Below, piece by piece: positions 1 through 10,630 of a stretch of DNA of 64,000 nt. Source of the DNA: Candidatus Bathyarchaeota archaeon (GTDB lineage Archaea; Thermoproteota; Bathyarchaeia; Bathyarchaeales; Bathycorpusculaceae). The notes under the pieces are model-generated. The model ran no database searches, had not been told where the DNA came from, and saw only the letters and a list, made by a program, of their open reading frames with translations. Each line of letters starts with the position of its first letter. Positions within the stretch are counted from its first letter, which is position 1. A program made the position numbers and the translations under genes. The DNA lies in contig CAWABA010000004.1 of the NCBI GenBank assembly GCA_963780185.1, positions 32,001-96,000 on the forward strand, read 5' to 3'.

Positions 1-1
1 C

Positions 2-391
2 ATGGTTACCCCAACCAAACAAGTCACGTTCAACTTAACAATAACCAACAGTTCAATTCCCGCATTAGGCAAATCATATCTGCCTATCCCTGATGATTAC
101 AAAGAAGGCAATATGACGGCTTCCATCAACTGCTCCGACCCCCTTGAAATCCAACTGTGGTATGGGCAAGTTCCGCTCAGCAAGCTTGAAAACCGTACAG
201 GAATATATCAGCTTGAAGCGCAATGGTCTACGCAACGCGGCAACTCTTCAGCTCCGCTGGGTTCCTCATTCACATGGCACGTCGACCTCGCGGGATACTT
301 CACGCTCATAGCCATAGACAAACGAACAGGCTTAACGCAGCCGCTTAACGCAACAGTAAACATTGTTTTCCGAAACTACCTGGGAAACTAA
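2..391 (+). CDS. Hypothetical protein, probably the C-terminal part of a gene truncated by the window edge
   Basis: Open frame from the window start to TAA at 389-391; beta-rich, S/T/N-rich composition like surface proteins; no family recognised. Confidence 0.5.
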   Translation: MVTPTKQVTFNLTITNSSIPALGKSYLPIPDDYKEGNMTASINCSDPLEIQLWYGQVPLSKLENRTGIYQLEAQWSTQRGNSSAPLGSSFTWHVDLAGYFTLIAIDKRTGLTQPLNATVNIVFRNYLGN

Positions 392-541
392 AAATCCCAT
401 GGTCAAATCTAACTGACGAGGCAGCAATCACCTTCTTGCTTTTTAACCGTGACAGGGGTGTCAGTAGGCTTCATAGAAAAACTTTTAAACAAAACGTGTA
501 GAGATAGACTGCCATCAATACAATAGGAGAGAAAAAATGCA

Positions 542-1366
542 TTGAAAATGGCAGTAATTGTAGGTTTTTGCATGCTGGCATTGTGTTTTTTGTCATGTTT
601 GATTGTTGTAGTTCCTGCGCATGCTCAGGGATCCGGCGGCACACACATTGACTACGAGACGAGTAATGCTCCAACGATAGACGGACATTGGACTTCAGGT
701 TCAGAGTGGACAGATGGCAAGAGAGAAAACGTTGGATCCAACGCTATATTCTATGACGAGTGGTCATATGTCTCAACCGTTAATGAAAACATCATCATCG
801 AAACGATGGATAACACCAACGACCCAGGCGACTACTTCCAAATATGCTTCGACGGCACAAACAACCTCGGCAGCGCTCCACAAACAGACGACTTCATGAT
901 AAACATCACCGGCCACACAACATGCACGTGGTACCAAGGAACGGGATCAACTTGGGCAGCCATCGCGACCCCTGGTTCGTCAGACTTTGCCTGGAGTCAA
1001 TCTTTGGGCACATCCCCCGTCTACACAGCTCAACACTATATGCTAGAACTCACGGTCAACAAACAAGGTTTTGCAGCCCTCGGTATGCAGTTCAACATGA
1101 GGATTGCAGTCTACGACGCACACACAGGCGGATACGGACTCCAAGCGTACCCTGCAGGCAGCACCGCCAATAACCCGTCCGGCTGGGAATACATAGACTA
1201 CTCATCGAGTGCAAACTCAAGCCAAGACCCACTACCAATTCCTGAGAGCATGAACATCGCCATCATAATGGTGCTATCCGTCGTTGCCGTAACAGCTGGC
1301 TCAGTGATTTTCAGCAAAAAGTCCAAAACAGCAAATCTTGCAAGCAAACAGAATCCCACGTTGTAA
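542..1366 (+). CDS. Secreted DOMON/CBM9-like surface protein with a C-terminal PEF-CTERM-like sorting signal
   Basis: N-terminal signal peptide (AHA-Q); APTIDGHW..EW motif; D..Q.C.D..N...PQ.DD motif; ends PIPE + transmembrane helix + basic tail. Confidence 0.7.
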   Translation: MKMAVIVGFCMLALCFLSCLIVVVPAHAQGSGGTHIDYETSNAPTIDGHWTSGSEWTDGKRENVGSNAIFYDEWSYVSTVNENIIIETMDNTNDPGDYFQICFDGTNNLGSAPQTDDFMINITGHTTCTWYQGTGSTWAAIATPGSSDFAWSQSLGTSPVYTAQHYMLELTVNKQGFAALGMQFNMRIAVYDAHTGGYGLQAYPAGSTANNPSGWEYIDYSSSANSSQDPLPIPESMNIAIIMVLSVVAVTAGSVIFSKKSKTANLASKQNPTL

Positions 1367-1475
1367 GACTTTTGTTACCTTGTTCCCTTTTTCCTTCTTT
1401 TTTGTTTCAGCAAACCCAACGCGCCCATAGCAATCTTTAGATGTCTAAGTTTGAGGCGTGAGGGCTTTTTTCCGT

Positions 1476-2411
1476 TTATTGATTCAGCGTGCCTTTTTTG
1501 CCCGATGCTTTGAGCCTTTGTGACAGAAGGGGCAAAAGCTTCACCGCAACCACGAATGCCACGGTGGCGTAGAGGATTCCGCCCAAGATGTCGGTGAAGT
1601 AGTGTTCGCCAAGGTAAACCGCGCTAAACCACGTTCCAACTGGAATCGCCAAAACCGGGAGAGCCTTCCATTTCCAAAACCTGAACGCGAAAAGAAAAAC
1701 AAGCCAAGGCAACGCAGAGTGGAGACTCGGGAAGGCGGCGTACAGGTTGGGTCCCAAAAAATCGTAGAGGGTTTTGTAAGCGGGTACGCCTAAGCTTTTG
1801 TCAACTGAGGAGGACAGTATGCGGGTGAGACCGTGGCTTGTTAAGGCGGTGTTGAGCCATGGTGGCGCAACTGGATAAGCGAGAAAAGTAGCTAAGGAGG
1901 TGTACGTCACAACAAATAGCGACGCGGTGTATTTCCAGAAGTCTTTATGGTATCTTAGCCAGACGATAAAGCCGAAGGCTGTTGGGACAAAGAAATATAT
2001 TGTGTAGAAAAAGGCGCCTGTAAAATTTAGGGCAGGCGTGGTTAAGTAATGCTGCAGAACCAGGTTCGGGTTGTTTCCAGCGAAGAGCACCATGTCAAAG
2101 TTGTACGGTCCATAGTTAATGTGGAATTTTGAGACTGTTCCCACTAGGCCATTTAGTGTTTCATATGACACGAATATCAGAAGGAACGGCACCCAGTCTT
2201 TTACGAACCGCCAAATTTTCTTGCTGTAGGCTGCGTAGACTAGAAGAACCAAGACTGCGAATTCGGCGCCGGGAATGATGTCGTTGGTGAGTTCAAGGAC
2301 GGCAACTACTGCGACAAAGATGGCGGAGAACAGGACGGCTAGGATTCTTGAGAAATCACGGTCCGTTTTGGACTTCTCTTTTGGCGCCTGTTCTTCTTTA
2401 GTGTATGTCAT
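1476..2411 (-). CDS. PAP2-superfamily integral membrane protein (Aur1/inositol-phosphorylceramide synthase-like)
   Basis: YPVAPPW, YAAFPSLHSA and HYFTDILGG motifs; multiple transmembrane helices. Confidence 0.85.
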   Translation of the reverse strand: MTYTKEEQAPKEKSKTDRDFSRILAVLFSAIFVAVVAVLELTNDIIPGAEFAVLVLLVYAAYSKKIWRFVKDWVPFLLIFVSYETLNGLVGTVSKFHINYGPYNFDMVLFAGNNPNLVLQHYLTTPALNFTGAFFYTIYFFVPTAFGFIVWLRYHKDFWKYTASLFVVTYTSLATFLAYPVAPPWLNTALTSHGLTRILSSSVDKSLGVPAYKTLYDFLGPNLYAAFPSLHSALPWLVFLFAFRFWKWKALPVLAIPVGTWFSAVYLGEHYFTDILGGILYATVAFVVAVKLLPLLSQRLKASGKKGTLNQ

Positions 2412-2630
2412 AGTGAATTTCCCGTGTATTTGTCGCAGCAGTGTTTGTGTTAGCCTCTAATGCTTATTTTACGTAATCAACCTTCCGCAAAACACGCCGG
2501 CGAATGTGCTTTTAAGCCCGGAGCGCGCGCCGCAACAAAATTAAATGGAGTGCCCTAAGGAAAAATTTGTTTATTTGTGCGAGATAAAAATAAAAAAAGA
2601 AAGAGAAGTTTGGTTTTGTCTTGCCGAAGT

Positions 2631-5600
2631 TTACTGTATTTGTACGTTGTCGATGAAGATTTCTTGTCCGTATTGGGTGCGTCCTGTTAGGTAGCCGTTG
2701 CCTTGCAGTATGATGCTTGTGAGGCTGGCAGATGATGAAAGCCCTTGTCCTGTCCAGTCAGCGGGTAGGTTTCTGCTGAATTGTATCCATTGTCCAGCTG
2801 TGAAGGTGCCTTGTATGGTTCCCATGTTGATGACTTTCATGGTTGAAGTGCTGGTTGGCGCTGTTGCTGGACTGCTTCCCCACCAGTAAACCAGTTGTTG
2901 ACCGTTGCTTGCAGTCAGGGTTATCTGGAAGGAGTAGTATCCGGCAATTGAGCTTACTCCGCCGTTTCCGTTGTTGTAGATGTACATCGAAAGTGAGCCT
3001 GCAGCGTTAGGTATTGAGCTGAGGGCGATTGCAGAGCTAAATGTGTTTGTCAGAGATGCCGCAGCTGTTCCAGTGCCTGAAATTGTTGTATCTATTTCCG
3101 CGTATGCTCCTGAAAGTGCTGGTGCGCTGTCGCCTGTTACGTGGCTTTGTGCGTAGCCTGAACCGCTTGATGTCCACGGCGCGGTTTGGTCAAATCCGCC
3201 GTCTGGTACTTGGTTAGGAGTGATGGTGAATGTTGTTGTTGCTGAAGTGAGACCTGTGAACGCCGCTGTGATGGTTGAGGAGCCTGCAGCTGAGTCTTGG
3301 TAGTAGAAGCTGGCTGAGCTAGAGCCGCTTGCGATGGAAACTGAAGTTATCGGGGTTCCTGTGCCGCCTGCGTTGTTGTAGAATTTGCCTGTCGATGAAG
3401 ATGCTGTCAGCGTTATTGTTAGGGCTGAGCCTGCGTTGACTCCGCGACCGCTTGAATCCTGCTGAGCCACAGTTATCACTGATGAAACCTGGTTTACGTA
3501 GAGTGCTTGGCTTGTTCCCGCAGTGAACTTCAGTTGGGTTGCTGAGCCTGTAACGGTGAATACGGTGGTGGCTGGGGTGTATCCTGTGACGGATGCGGTG
3601 ATTGTGGGTGCTCCTTGAGAGGTGTCTTTGTAGTAAAAGCTGGCAGAATAAGGCGAAGATGTGCTGATTGTTACGGTTGTTATGGCGTGTGTTCCAGCGG
3701 AGTCAGAGTAGAATGTTCCAGATGGGGAACTTGAAGTCAAGGTTACGGTTAAGGCACTGCCTGGATTATGTGAATTGCCATTTGTATTCTGGCTTTGAAC
3801 GGTGATGGCTGCAGATACCTTGATTTGTAGGCAAGTTTTGAGTCTTGCCCGCTGTGAAGGCGAGTTGGTTGCCGTTAATTGTGAATTGGGTGGTTGCTGA
3901 AGTTAGTCCTGAGGATGAGGCTGTGAGGGTTGGGGTGCCGCTGCTGCTGTCGTAGTAGTAGAAGCTTGCTGAGCTTGAACCGGCTGCGATGCTGATTGAA
4001 GTTATCCTGTTTGATCCGCCGGAATCAGAGTAGAATCGTCCGTTGCTGGAAGATGACGCCAAATTGACTGTGATTGCTCCTGTGGTCGTCGGGTTGCTAA
4101 CTGAGTCTTGTCTTTGCACGGTAATTACCGATGAAACATCGCTGGTGGTTATCGATTGACTGATGCCTGCGGTGTAGACCAGTTTGGAGGCGGCGGCTGC
4201 GTTTACTGTTATTAGCGGGCTAATGTTGGTTACGGTGCCGTCTGATGCGGTGATTGTTTCTGAGCCTGCAGTCTTCAACGTGACGGTGAAGGTTTTTGTG
4301 CCAGAGTTAAGGGTTGAATCGCTGGGGAGAATTGCCTGGCTGTCGGATGATGTGAAGTGAATTGTTCCCGTGTAGGTTGTGACGGTGTTTTGTGATTCGT
4401 CTTGGGCTGTTACTGTAACGCTGAAAGATGAGCCTGCGGTCGCTGAAGTTGGGACGGTGATGGCGAATTGGTCAAGTAGCGGGTTCGGGTTGCTGGAAGG
4501 TGTAGGTGTAGCCGTCGGGCCAGATGAAGGTGTAGGCGATGACGTTGGGGGCGGTGTTGGGGTTGGAGTTGGGCTGGCAACAGTCAACGTGGTACTTACT
4601 GGTGAGTATCCTGAAGCTGAAGCAGTCAAAGTTGCTGAAACAACACTTGAGTCTTTATAATAGAAGCTAACTGTGCTTGAGCCGCTGCCTGTCGCTATGG
4701 ACGTAACTTGTGTGGTTCCGCCTGCATCAGAATAGAAAGCGCCGCTTGAAGAGGTCGTTGACAACGCGACGTTTATGCCGCCGGTTGTTACCGGGTTCCC
4801 TGAGCCGTCTTGGCACTGCACCGTGATTACGGAAGACACTGCATTAACCAGTACGTTTTGTCCTGCGCCCACGGTTAGGATGAGTCTTGGGGTTGTTGTT
4901 GAGACGAAGTTGGCGGTTATTGTTCCTGCGCCGTTGATTTGTGCGGTGGTTGAAGCAGAGGTTGGGCTGTTGATTTGGATGCTTCCTGTGAAAGTCCAAG
5001 ATGAAAACTGGTATCCGCTGTTAGCAGTAGCGGCGATGCCTAGGATTGTGCCTGTGGCAATTGTTTGGGATCCTGATGGGTTCACGGTTCCTCCGGTGCC
5101 TGCTGCGAGAACAACTGTAACGCTGGTGGGTTGTGTGCCAGATGAGCCAGAACCGTTTGAGCCCGAGCTAGTGGCGGAGCCGCTTGAAGTGCCAGCGACT
5201 TGCGCGGATGTTCCTTCGACAGTGACTATTTTGATTTTGTCGCCTGGGTTAAAGGGGCAGTTTATGACAAGTGCGACTGTTTGACCTGCACCTATCGGGA
5301 CTAATGCTCCTGTGGCAACATCTTGCCCGTTAGCTCTAAGAATGCCTTCAAGCACATTGTTGACGTATACGCTGCCATCCTGCTTCAGATGAACTGTGCC
5401 TTGGCCCGTGTTTTGGACGTAAACAACCAAGTTTCCTCCAGTTGTGTAGCTTTGTATCTGTATGGCGTTGCCCGACTTCGATGTGCCTGAGCTTAAATAA
5501 CCCATTATCCAAGCATAAGCCACAAGCGAAGCCACTACGGCTATTGCAATCATCAGCAAAACAGCTATTATCGGCGAGATTGCTTTGAATGAACGTTTAA

Positions 5601-5634
5601 ATCTAGTTAGGTTTTGCAAAATTCCTTTCTCCAC
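2631..5634 (-). CDS. Giant pilin-like adhesin (~1000 aa): class III signal peptide, four Ig-like repeats and a C-terminal CBM-like domain; split by a 1-nt frameshift near 3818
   Basis: FKA-ISPIIAVLLMIAIAVVASLV N-terminus; removing one base at caaggta joins ORF 3766-5634 to 2631-3740 through NQVSAAITVQSQNTNGN, which matches the repeat consensus. Confidence 0.8.
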
Positions 5635-5713
5635 AAAAATTTTCGAAGCTTAAAAGTTAGCGCTTCTTTACTTTCTTCAATCAAACTTGCAAGCGCCTGA
5701 TATTTAAGAGTGT

Positions 5714-5730
5714 ATAGAACAAAATTCCAC
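5714..5730 (-). promoter_or_regulatory. Candidate pilin-regulon operator ATAGAA-N5-TTCCAC upstream of the TATA box at 5701-5708
   Basis: Similar 17-mers at 7976-7992, 15072-15088, 15108-15124 and 43827-43843, all upstream of pilin genes. Confidence 0.55.
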
Positions 5731-5810
5731 AAAAACTCGGATAAAATCCTTAAAGAAAAAGAGAAATTTGTTGTTAGATTCCAAAAAAAGAAAGAGGGGG
5801 TTTGTTCGGT

Positions 5811-7880
5811 TTATGTTCCTTTGATTGCATCGACTATTATTGCCCAGTTGTATGAATAACCCAACGTGTAGCTGACTGACAGGTTTGACTGGGTTGTCGT
5901 TACTGCTTTGTATTCAGCGCCGACTTCGGGGTCGTTGGCTGTTACGGAGCCTATTGATGTGAATCCTGAGGCAGGGGTCAACGAATTTGAGATGAGGAGT
6001 TGGCGAACGCCTACGGATCCGATGATTAGGTCCGCGGAGTTTGTGGTTGTTATGCTTGCGCTGGCTGTGCTGGAGGAGCCTGTGTTTGTAACTGCGTTGG
6101 TTGTGTCAAACGGTGAAGCTGTGTTACCTACGCCGCTTATTGCGAACGCTACTGCCTGGCTGCTTTGACCACCACAGTTGACTGTGATTGTTACTTGACC
6201 GCTTGTGGTTTTCACTGACCAGAAGGTTTGCAAAGTTCGAGAACTACTTATTGCCGCTGTTGCCCTTTGACTGAAGGTTAGCCCTGTTGCAGAGAGGCTT
6301 GCTGTGCCGGAGCTGCCTGTTGATACTGCGACGTAGATTATGTCGTTGGCGTGTGTCGTAGTTAACGAGATTGTGTAGGTTGAACCGGAAGTGCGTTCTC
6401 CAGTGGCAGAGACATCAATTGATGGAGCAGCTGCTGATGACGAACTGAAGGTTGCTGTGATTGTGCTTGCTGCCGTGACCGTCATCGTTGTGGATGCTGA
6501 GGTTGAGCTGGCGAAGGTTGCTGACCCTGATGGGCTTGCACTCCATGAAGAGAACGTGTACCCTGTGCCTGCGGTTGCTGAGATTGCTATTCCAGTTTGG
6601 CCTGAGTCATACCATGCTGTCGAAGGAACCGTTCCTGAGCCGGATGGGCTTGCAACAAAGGTAACTTGGTACTGCGTCTTGAAGTTGGCTGCTACGGTTG
6701 CGGCTGCGTTTGGAACAGTGTATGTGTGTGATTGTGCTCCGCTGTCGCTCCAGCTTGTGAAGACGTACTGTATGCCGGTTCCGCCTGAAACAGTTGAAGC
6801 TGCAGCTATTGTGTGGGTTGTGCCAGGTGCCCAGTTGAAGATCTGTGGGGTTGTCGTCGGGTTTTGGCTGTTGTCAACTGTGATGTAGCCTGTACCTGTC
6901 GGGCTTGAAGTTACGGTGATGGCTACGGTGCTCTGGGCGAAAGTAGCTGTTATGGTGCCTGCGGCGTTGATTGTTGCCTGGGTGGAAGCAGAGTTCGCGT
7001 TGGCAAATGTCACTGAGCTTGATGGGGTTGCGCTCCACGATGTGAAAGCGTATCCGTTTGCAGCAGTTGCGCCTATAGTGACTGGATAGCCGACAGTGTA
7101 TGATTGGGTTCCGCTTGGACTAGTCGTTGAACCCGATCCGCCGCCGCTTGTGGCAAAGGTAATCGAAACCTGACTGGCCTGCGTGAAAGTTGCGGTTATG
7201 GTTCCTGCTCCATTAATAGTTGCAGTAGTCGCTGCCGAAGCTGAATTAGTGAATGTAACTGAACCTGAGGGGCTTGCACTCCAAGATGAAAATGAGTAGC
7301 CGCTGCTTGGAGAAGCTGTTATTGAGACTTGCTGACCGGAATTGTAGCTTTGAGAGCCAGATGGGGAAGTTGATGAGGAGCCTCCGCCGCTTGTGGCAAA
7401 TGAAACGGTGTAACCTGAGCCGTTGGAGCCTGAACCGCCGCCTGTTCCTTGACCTGTGACTTGCGCGAATGTTCCGCCGCCTGAAACGACTTTAATTGTA
7501 ATCTGTTGGCCCACTGTCCACGTAATAGAAGTTGCCGATAAATCAGCGATAAGGATAGTTGTGTCGCCGGGTGCAATTGTTTTGCTTGAATCAATAGGAA
7601 CCCCCTGATTGTCGATGTATACGCTGCCGCTTTGTGCAAGCTGCACTGATCCTTGCCCAACATTTTGCACATAAATAATCACGTGCTTGTTGTCTACTCC
7701 TGGAGCATAGCTTTGTATTTGGAGGGCTTGTCCCGACTTCGCTGTGTTGCTGCCTATGTAACCCATTACCCACGCGTAAACCACAAGTGAAGCTACGACC
7801 GCGATCGCTATCATTAGTAGAACTGCGATTATAGGTGAAATTGCTCGAATAGAACGTCTAATTCTGGTTATTTTCCGCAA
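5811..7880 (-). CDS. Large pilin-like adhesin (689 aa) with InlB-B/Flg_new-like repeats
   Basis: IRA-ISPIIAVLLMIAIAVVASLVVYAW class III signal; repeated ..PSG..SY..G..V.I.A....GY.F.SWS...ITATF units. Confidence 0.85.
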   Translation of the reverse strand: MRKITRIRRSIRAISPIIAVLLMIAIAVVASLVVYAWVMGYIGSNTAKSGQALQIQSYAPGVDNKHVIIYVQNVGQGSVQLAQSGSVYIDNQGVPIDSSKTIAPGDTTILIADLSATSITWTVGQQITIKVVSGGGTFAQVTGQGTGGGSGSNGSGYTVSFATSGGGSSSTSPSGSQSYNSGQQVSITASPSSGYSFSSWSASPSGSVTFTNSASAATTATINGAGTITATFTQASQVSITFATSGGGSGSTTSPSGTQSYTVGYPVTIGATAANGYAFTSWSATPSSSVTFANANSASTQATINAAGTITATFAQSTVAITVTSSPTGTGYITVDNSQNPTTTPQIFNWAPGTTHTIAAASTVSGGTGIQYVFTSWSDSGAQSHTYTVPNAAATVAANFKTQYQVTFVASPSGSGTVPSTAWYDSGQTGIAISATAGTGYTFSSWSASPSGSATFASSTSASTTMTVTAASTITATFSSSSAAAPSIDVSATGERTSGSTYTISLTTTHANDIIYVAVSTGSSGTASLSATGLTFSQRATAAISSSRTLQTFWSVKTTSGQVTITVNCGGQSSQAVAFAISGVGNTASPFDTTNAVTNTGSSSTASASITTTNSADLIIGSVGVRQLLISNSLTPASGFTSIGSVTANDPEVGAEYKAVTTTQSNLSVSYTLGYSYNWAIIVDAIKGT

Positions 7881-7975
7881 AAAAAGTTTTCTCCTTGTCT
7901 ATTTTGGAGAGAGTAATCGCTAAAATGCTTCTCTCCAGTTGGAGCTAGTTAACTCCAAGCGGTATATAAGAATAG

Positions 7976-7992
7976 GTAGAGCATTGTTCCAC
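7976..7992 (-). promoter_or_regulatory. Candidate pilin-regulon operator GTAGAG-N5-TTCCAC
   Basis: Same spacing to the TATA box (7963-7970) as the site at 5714-5730. Confidence 0.55.
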
Positions 7993-8115
7993 ACCCAAAA
8001 GGCAAAATTCATCTTTGTTTCACGCGGAAAAACAGCGGCGATTTGTTTCCGATAGGTTAAAATTCACCGCTAAGTTAACTAGTTAGCGATCAATTTTTGA
8101 GGAGTTACCGCTACA

Positions 8116-9297
8116 ATGGATCTAGCGGATGTACGTATTAAAGAGCATTTTGGGTTAGTCACCAACGACACAAACACCGCACAATTCAGTTTCTTAGTTA
8201 GCCCCCCAAAAAACCGTGAAACCATCGAAAAACACGACATAGTCTGCTTTAACCATCCCAAATACGGCGAAGCCTGCCAAGTCCTGGCTGAAGTTAAAGA
8301 AATAACTAGCTACGAAGAAGTTGCAGGCTCAACCATCGGTGATCGGGCAGGCAAAATGTTAGCCACTGCAAAAGTAATCGGGTACTTTGACCTGCGAAGT
8401 GACATTCGACCACTCTGCAAACTTCTTGCGCCGCCAAACCCAGGCAGCCGCGTCCATATGCCCTACGCTTCATTTCTGGAGAATGTGTTGAACCGAGGAA
8501 CAAACGGAGAAGCCTACTCTCAACCCGTTTATCTGGGAAAGACGGAAATCGTTGGGGCTTCACAGCAGGCAAATGACGTTCAGGTTAACTGTTACTTGGA
8601 TGCTGCCAACCTTACCCGCAAAAACACACTTATCTGCGCCATAGACGGAGCAGGCAAAACCCATCTTGCAAACACAATCCTCGATGAAATCGCCCAAAAA
8701 GGAAACCGCTCAATCGTAGTTCTAGATCCAAATAACGAATATTCAAAGATAGACGTGAATTCAGGTTCAGACCAGGGCAAACTATTCAGTTTTCAATCCG
8801 CCACAGCCAACTCAAAGACCCCTTCAGACGCGATTATGAGGCAAATTCGCAGTAGCCAAGTCACGGTGTTAGCAGCCGAAAACTTGACGCTTAACGAAAA
8901 AAGCACCTACTACACAAACATCATAAACCTGCTAGCTGAAGGTAGACGAGAAAACAGTCTAAGGCCATTTCTTTTAATTATTGAAGACGCAGAGAATCTT
9001 CCCCTAGCAGCACTTGAAGAGTTACTTTGCTCCAGAGTTGCAGCAATCCTTGTCACTTCTCACCCAGCGGGGCTCGGCGGCAAAGTCCTTTCTAAAATAA
9101 GCAACCAAATTGTCGGAAGAACCATTGACCCTGAGGACCTGGCTTTTCTTAAGAACGTAACTGAGGGCAGCGAAGATCAACTGTCAAGTCTGCGCGTCGG
9201 CGAATGGATAATCAACGGGTTAAGCATGATGCGTCCTCTAAAAATTCACGCTGGGAAAATCTCTTCAAACCCAACAATTAGCCAGGAGGTGAAATGA
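8116..9297 (+). CDS. HerA/DUF87-family ATPase with an N-terminal HAS-barrel-like domain
   Basis: PPNPGSRV, VYLG, AIDGAGKT (Walker A), VVLDPNNEY, LLIIEDA (variant Walker B), NQIVGR. Confidence 0.8.
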   Translation: MDLADVRIKEHFGLVTNDTNTAQFSFLVSPPKNRETIEKHDIVCFNHPKYGEACQVLAEVKEITSYEEVAGSTIGDRAGKMLATAKVIGYFDLRSDIRPLCKLLAPPNPGSRVHMPYASFLENVLNRGTNGEAYSQPVYLGKTEIVGASQQANDVQVNCYLDAANLTRKNTLICAIDGAGKTHLANTILDEIAQKGNRSIVVLDPNNEYSKIDVNSGSDQGKLFSFQSATANSKTPSDAIMRQIRSSQVTVLAAENLTLNEKSTYYTNIINLLAEGRRENSLRPFLLIIEDAENLPLAALEELLCSRVAAILVTSHPAGLGGKVLSKISNQIVGRTIDPEDLAFLKNVTEGSEDQLSSLRVGEWIINGLSMMRPLKIHAGKISSNPTISQEVK

Positions 9298-9300
9298 ATT

Positions 9301-9753
9301 ATGGCTCAAAAGAAGAAAACGTCAAATATCACAAACGTCCTTGCCATCGCATGCACCGTTTCGCTGATCTTCCTGAGTGCTTCATTGATTTTTTACTCCC
9401 AACAAACCAGCAACGTAGTCAACAAAAACAATCAGATAACCAGCCTCCAAGACAAATTATCGGCGACGAAGCCTAATCTCATAAGCATCAGTTTACAGTA
9501 CACGGATAACCGCTCTAACACAAACACGCCTTTCCTTCAGGTTTCAGGCTACGTGGTTAACGTTGGGAACGGCCAAGCAAACAACTGCACAATCCACATT
9601 ACCGCCTACCGAGACGGCAACGTAACTGCTTTGGAAACTTCCGCAACCATCCCATCGCTTGATGCAGGCGCATACGAAAAAATCAACGTGCAGTTCCCAT
9701 ACACGGGACAACCACTAGGATTCTACAACAGTTACCTAACATGGACAAACTAG
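9301..9753 (+). CDS. Membrane-anchored protein with a short coiled coil and an FxLYD/CARDB-like Ig domain
   Basis: N-terminal transmembrane helix; VSGYVVNVGNGQANNCTI motif; SD GGAGGTGA upstream. Confidence 0.7.
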   Translation: MAQKKKTSNITNVLAIACTVSLIFLSASLIFYSQQTSNVVNKNNQITSLQDKLSATKPNLISISLQYTDNRSNTNTPFLQVSGYVVNVGNGQANNCTIHITAYRDGNVTALETSATIPSLDAGAYEKINVQFPYTGQPLGFYNSYLTWTN

Positions 9754-10129
9754 GCAACTGCCATCTCCCATTTCCAAACTTAGGCTTTTTTAAACCTAAA
9801 CTATAAGCTGCAAGACCTCGCAAAAAACTTACCCGTTTTATAGACCCGCCGCCAAATCTACGAAAATTCTTGGGATAAGTCGAATCCATGGATCAATCGG
9901 TAGTTTTTTGCATGGCGAATTAAGATGCAATTCATGTTTCTGTTTACGCTTGAAAAGGCTTGTTTCCCAAAAAGTGTTTGATAAGAAAACCTGGCGGGGA
10001 ACTTGACAAAAAATGGTTAAAACTGAATTTGAATAGAACAGTTGCATCCGCTGAAGCGTATCCAAAGTAAAATTAAAGTTCGCCAATTGGACAAGTCAAT
10101 TCTTGGCAAAATCTTTTACTCATTAGCGT

Positions 10130-10615
10130 TTAAGCTGCTTGGAAAATGGTTGATTCAGTTACGCCAAGAGTGTTTACGGCTGTGCATGTTATAGATTGCC
10201 CAGACGTTGGCTGATAATCAATCTGTGTCCCTCCATCCTGTTGCTGCGTGTCGACTTTTTCGGTTGGGTTAGAGCCGCTATTTACAAACGTAAGAGTATA
10301 ACTTTGGCCTGCAGCGACGTTTACGCTTCCCAAGTCGGCGTACAAGTGTCTGCCGTTTGCGGACTCCTCAATTATCCAGAGTCGTGATAGACTGATGCCT
10401 GACCCGCCGTTGGCGGTGAGAGTTAGAGTGTTCTGATCGGTTTGCTGGATTTTGAACGTGGAATTTATCTCTTTTAGATAAAGCTGATTTGCATTCTTAG
10501 TTGCGGTGTCGTGCCACAGGTAAACGTTCGTGAAGAAGAATAGCAGTATCATAACGAACATCATTGTGCCGATTACCTCGGCTGTTCCTCTGCGGTTTTT
10601 AATAAACAGTCTCAT
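10130..10615 (-). CDS. Minor pilin-like protein
   Basis: NRRG-TAEVIG class III signal peptide followed by a hydrophobic helix. Confidence 0.75.
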   Translation of the reverse strand: MRLFIKNRRGTAEVIGTMMFVMILLFFFTNVYLWHDTATKNANQLYLKEINSTFKIQQTDQNTLTLTANGGSGISLSRLWIIEESANGRHLYADLGSVNVAAGQSYTLTFVNSGSNPTEKVDTQQQDGGTQIDYQPTSGQSITCTAVNTLGVTESTIFQAA

Positions 10616-10630
10616 TCATTTTCCACCTTG

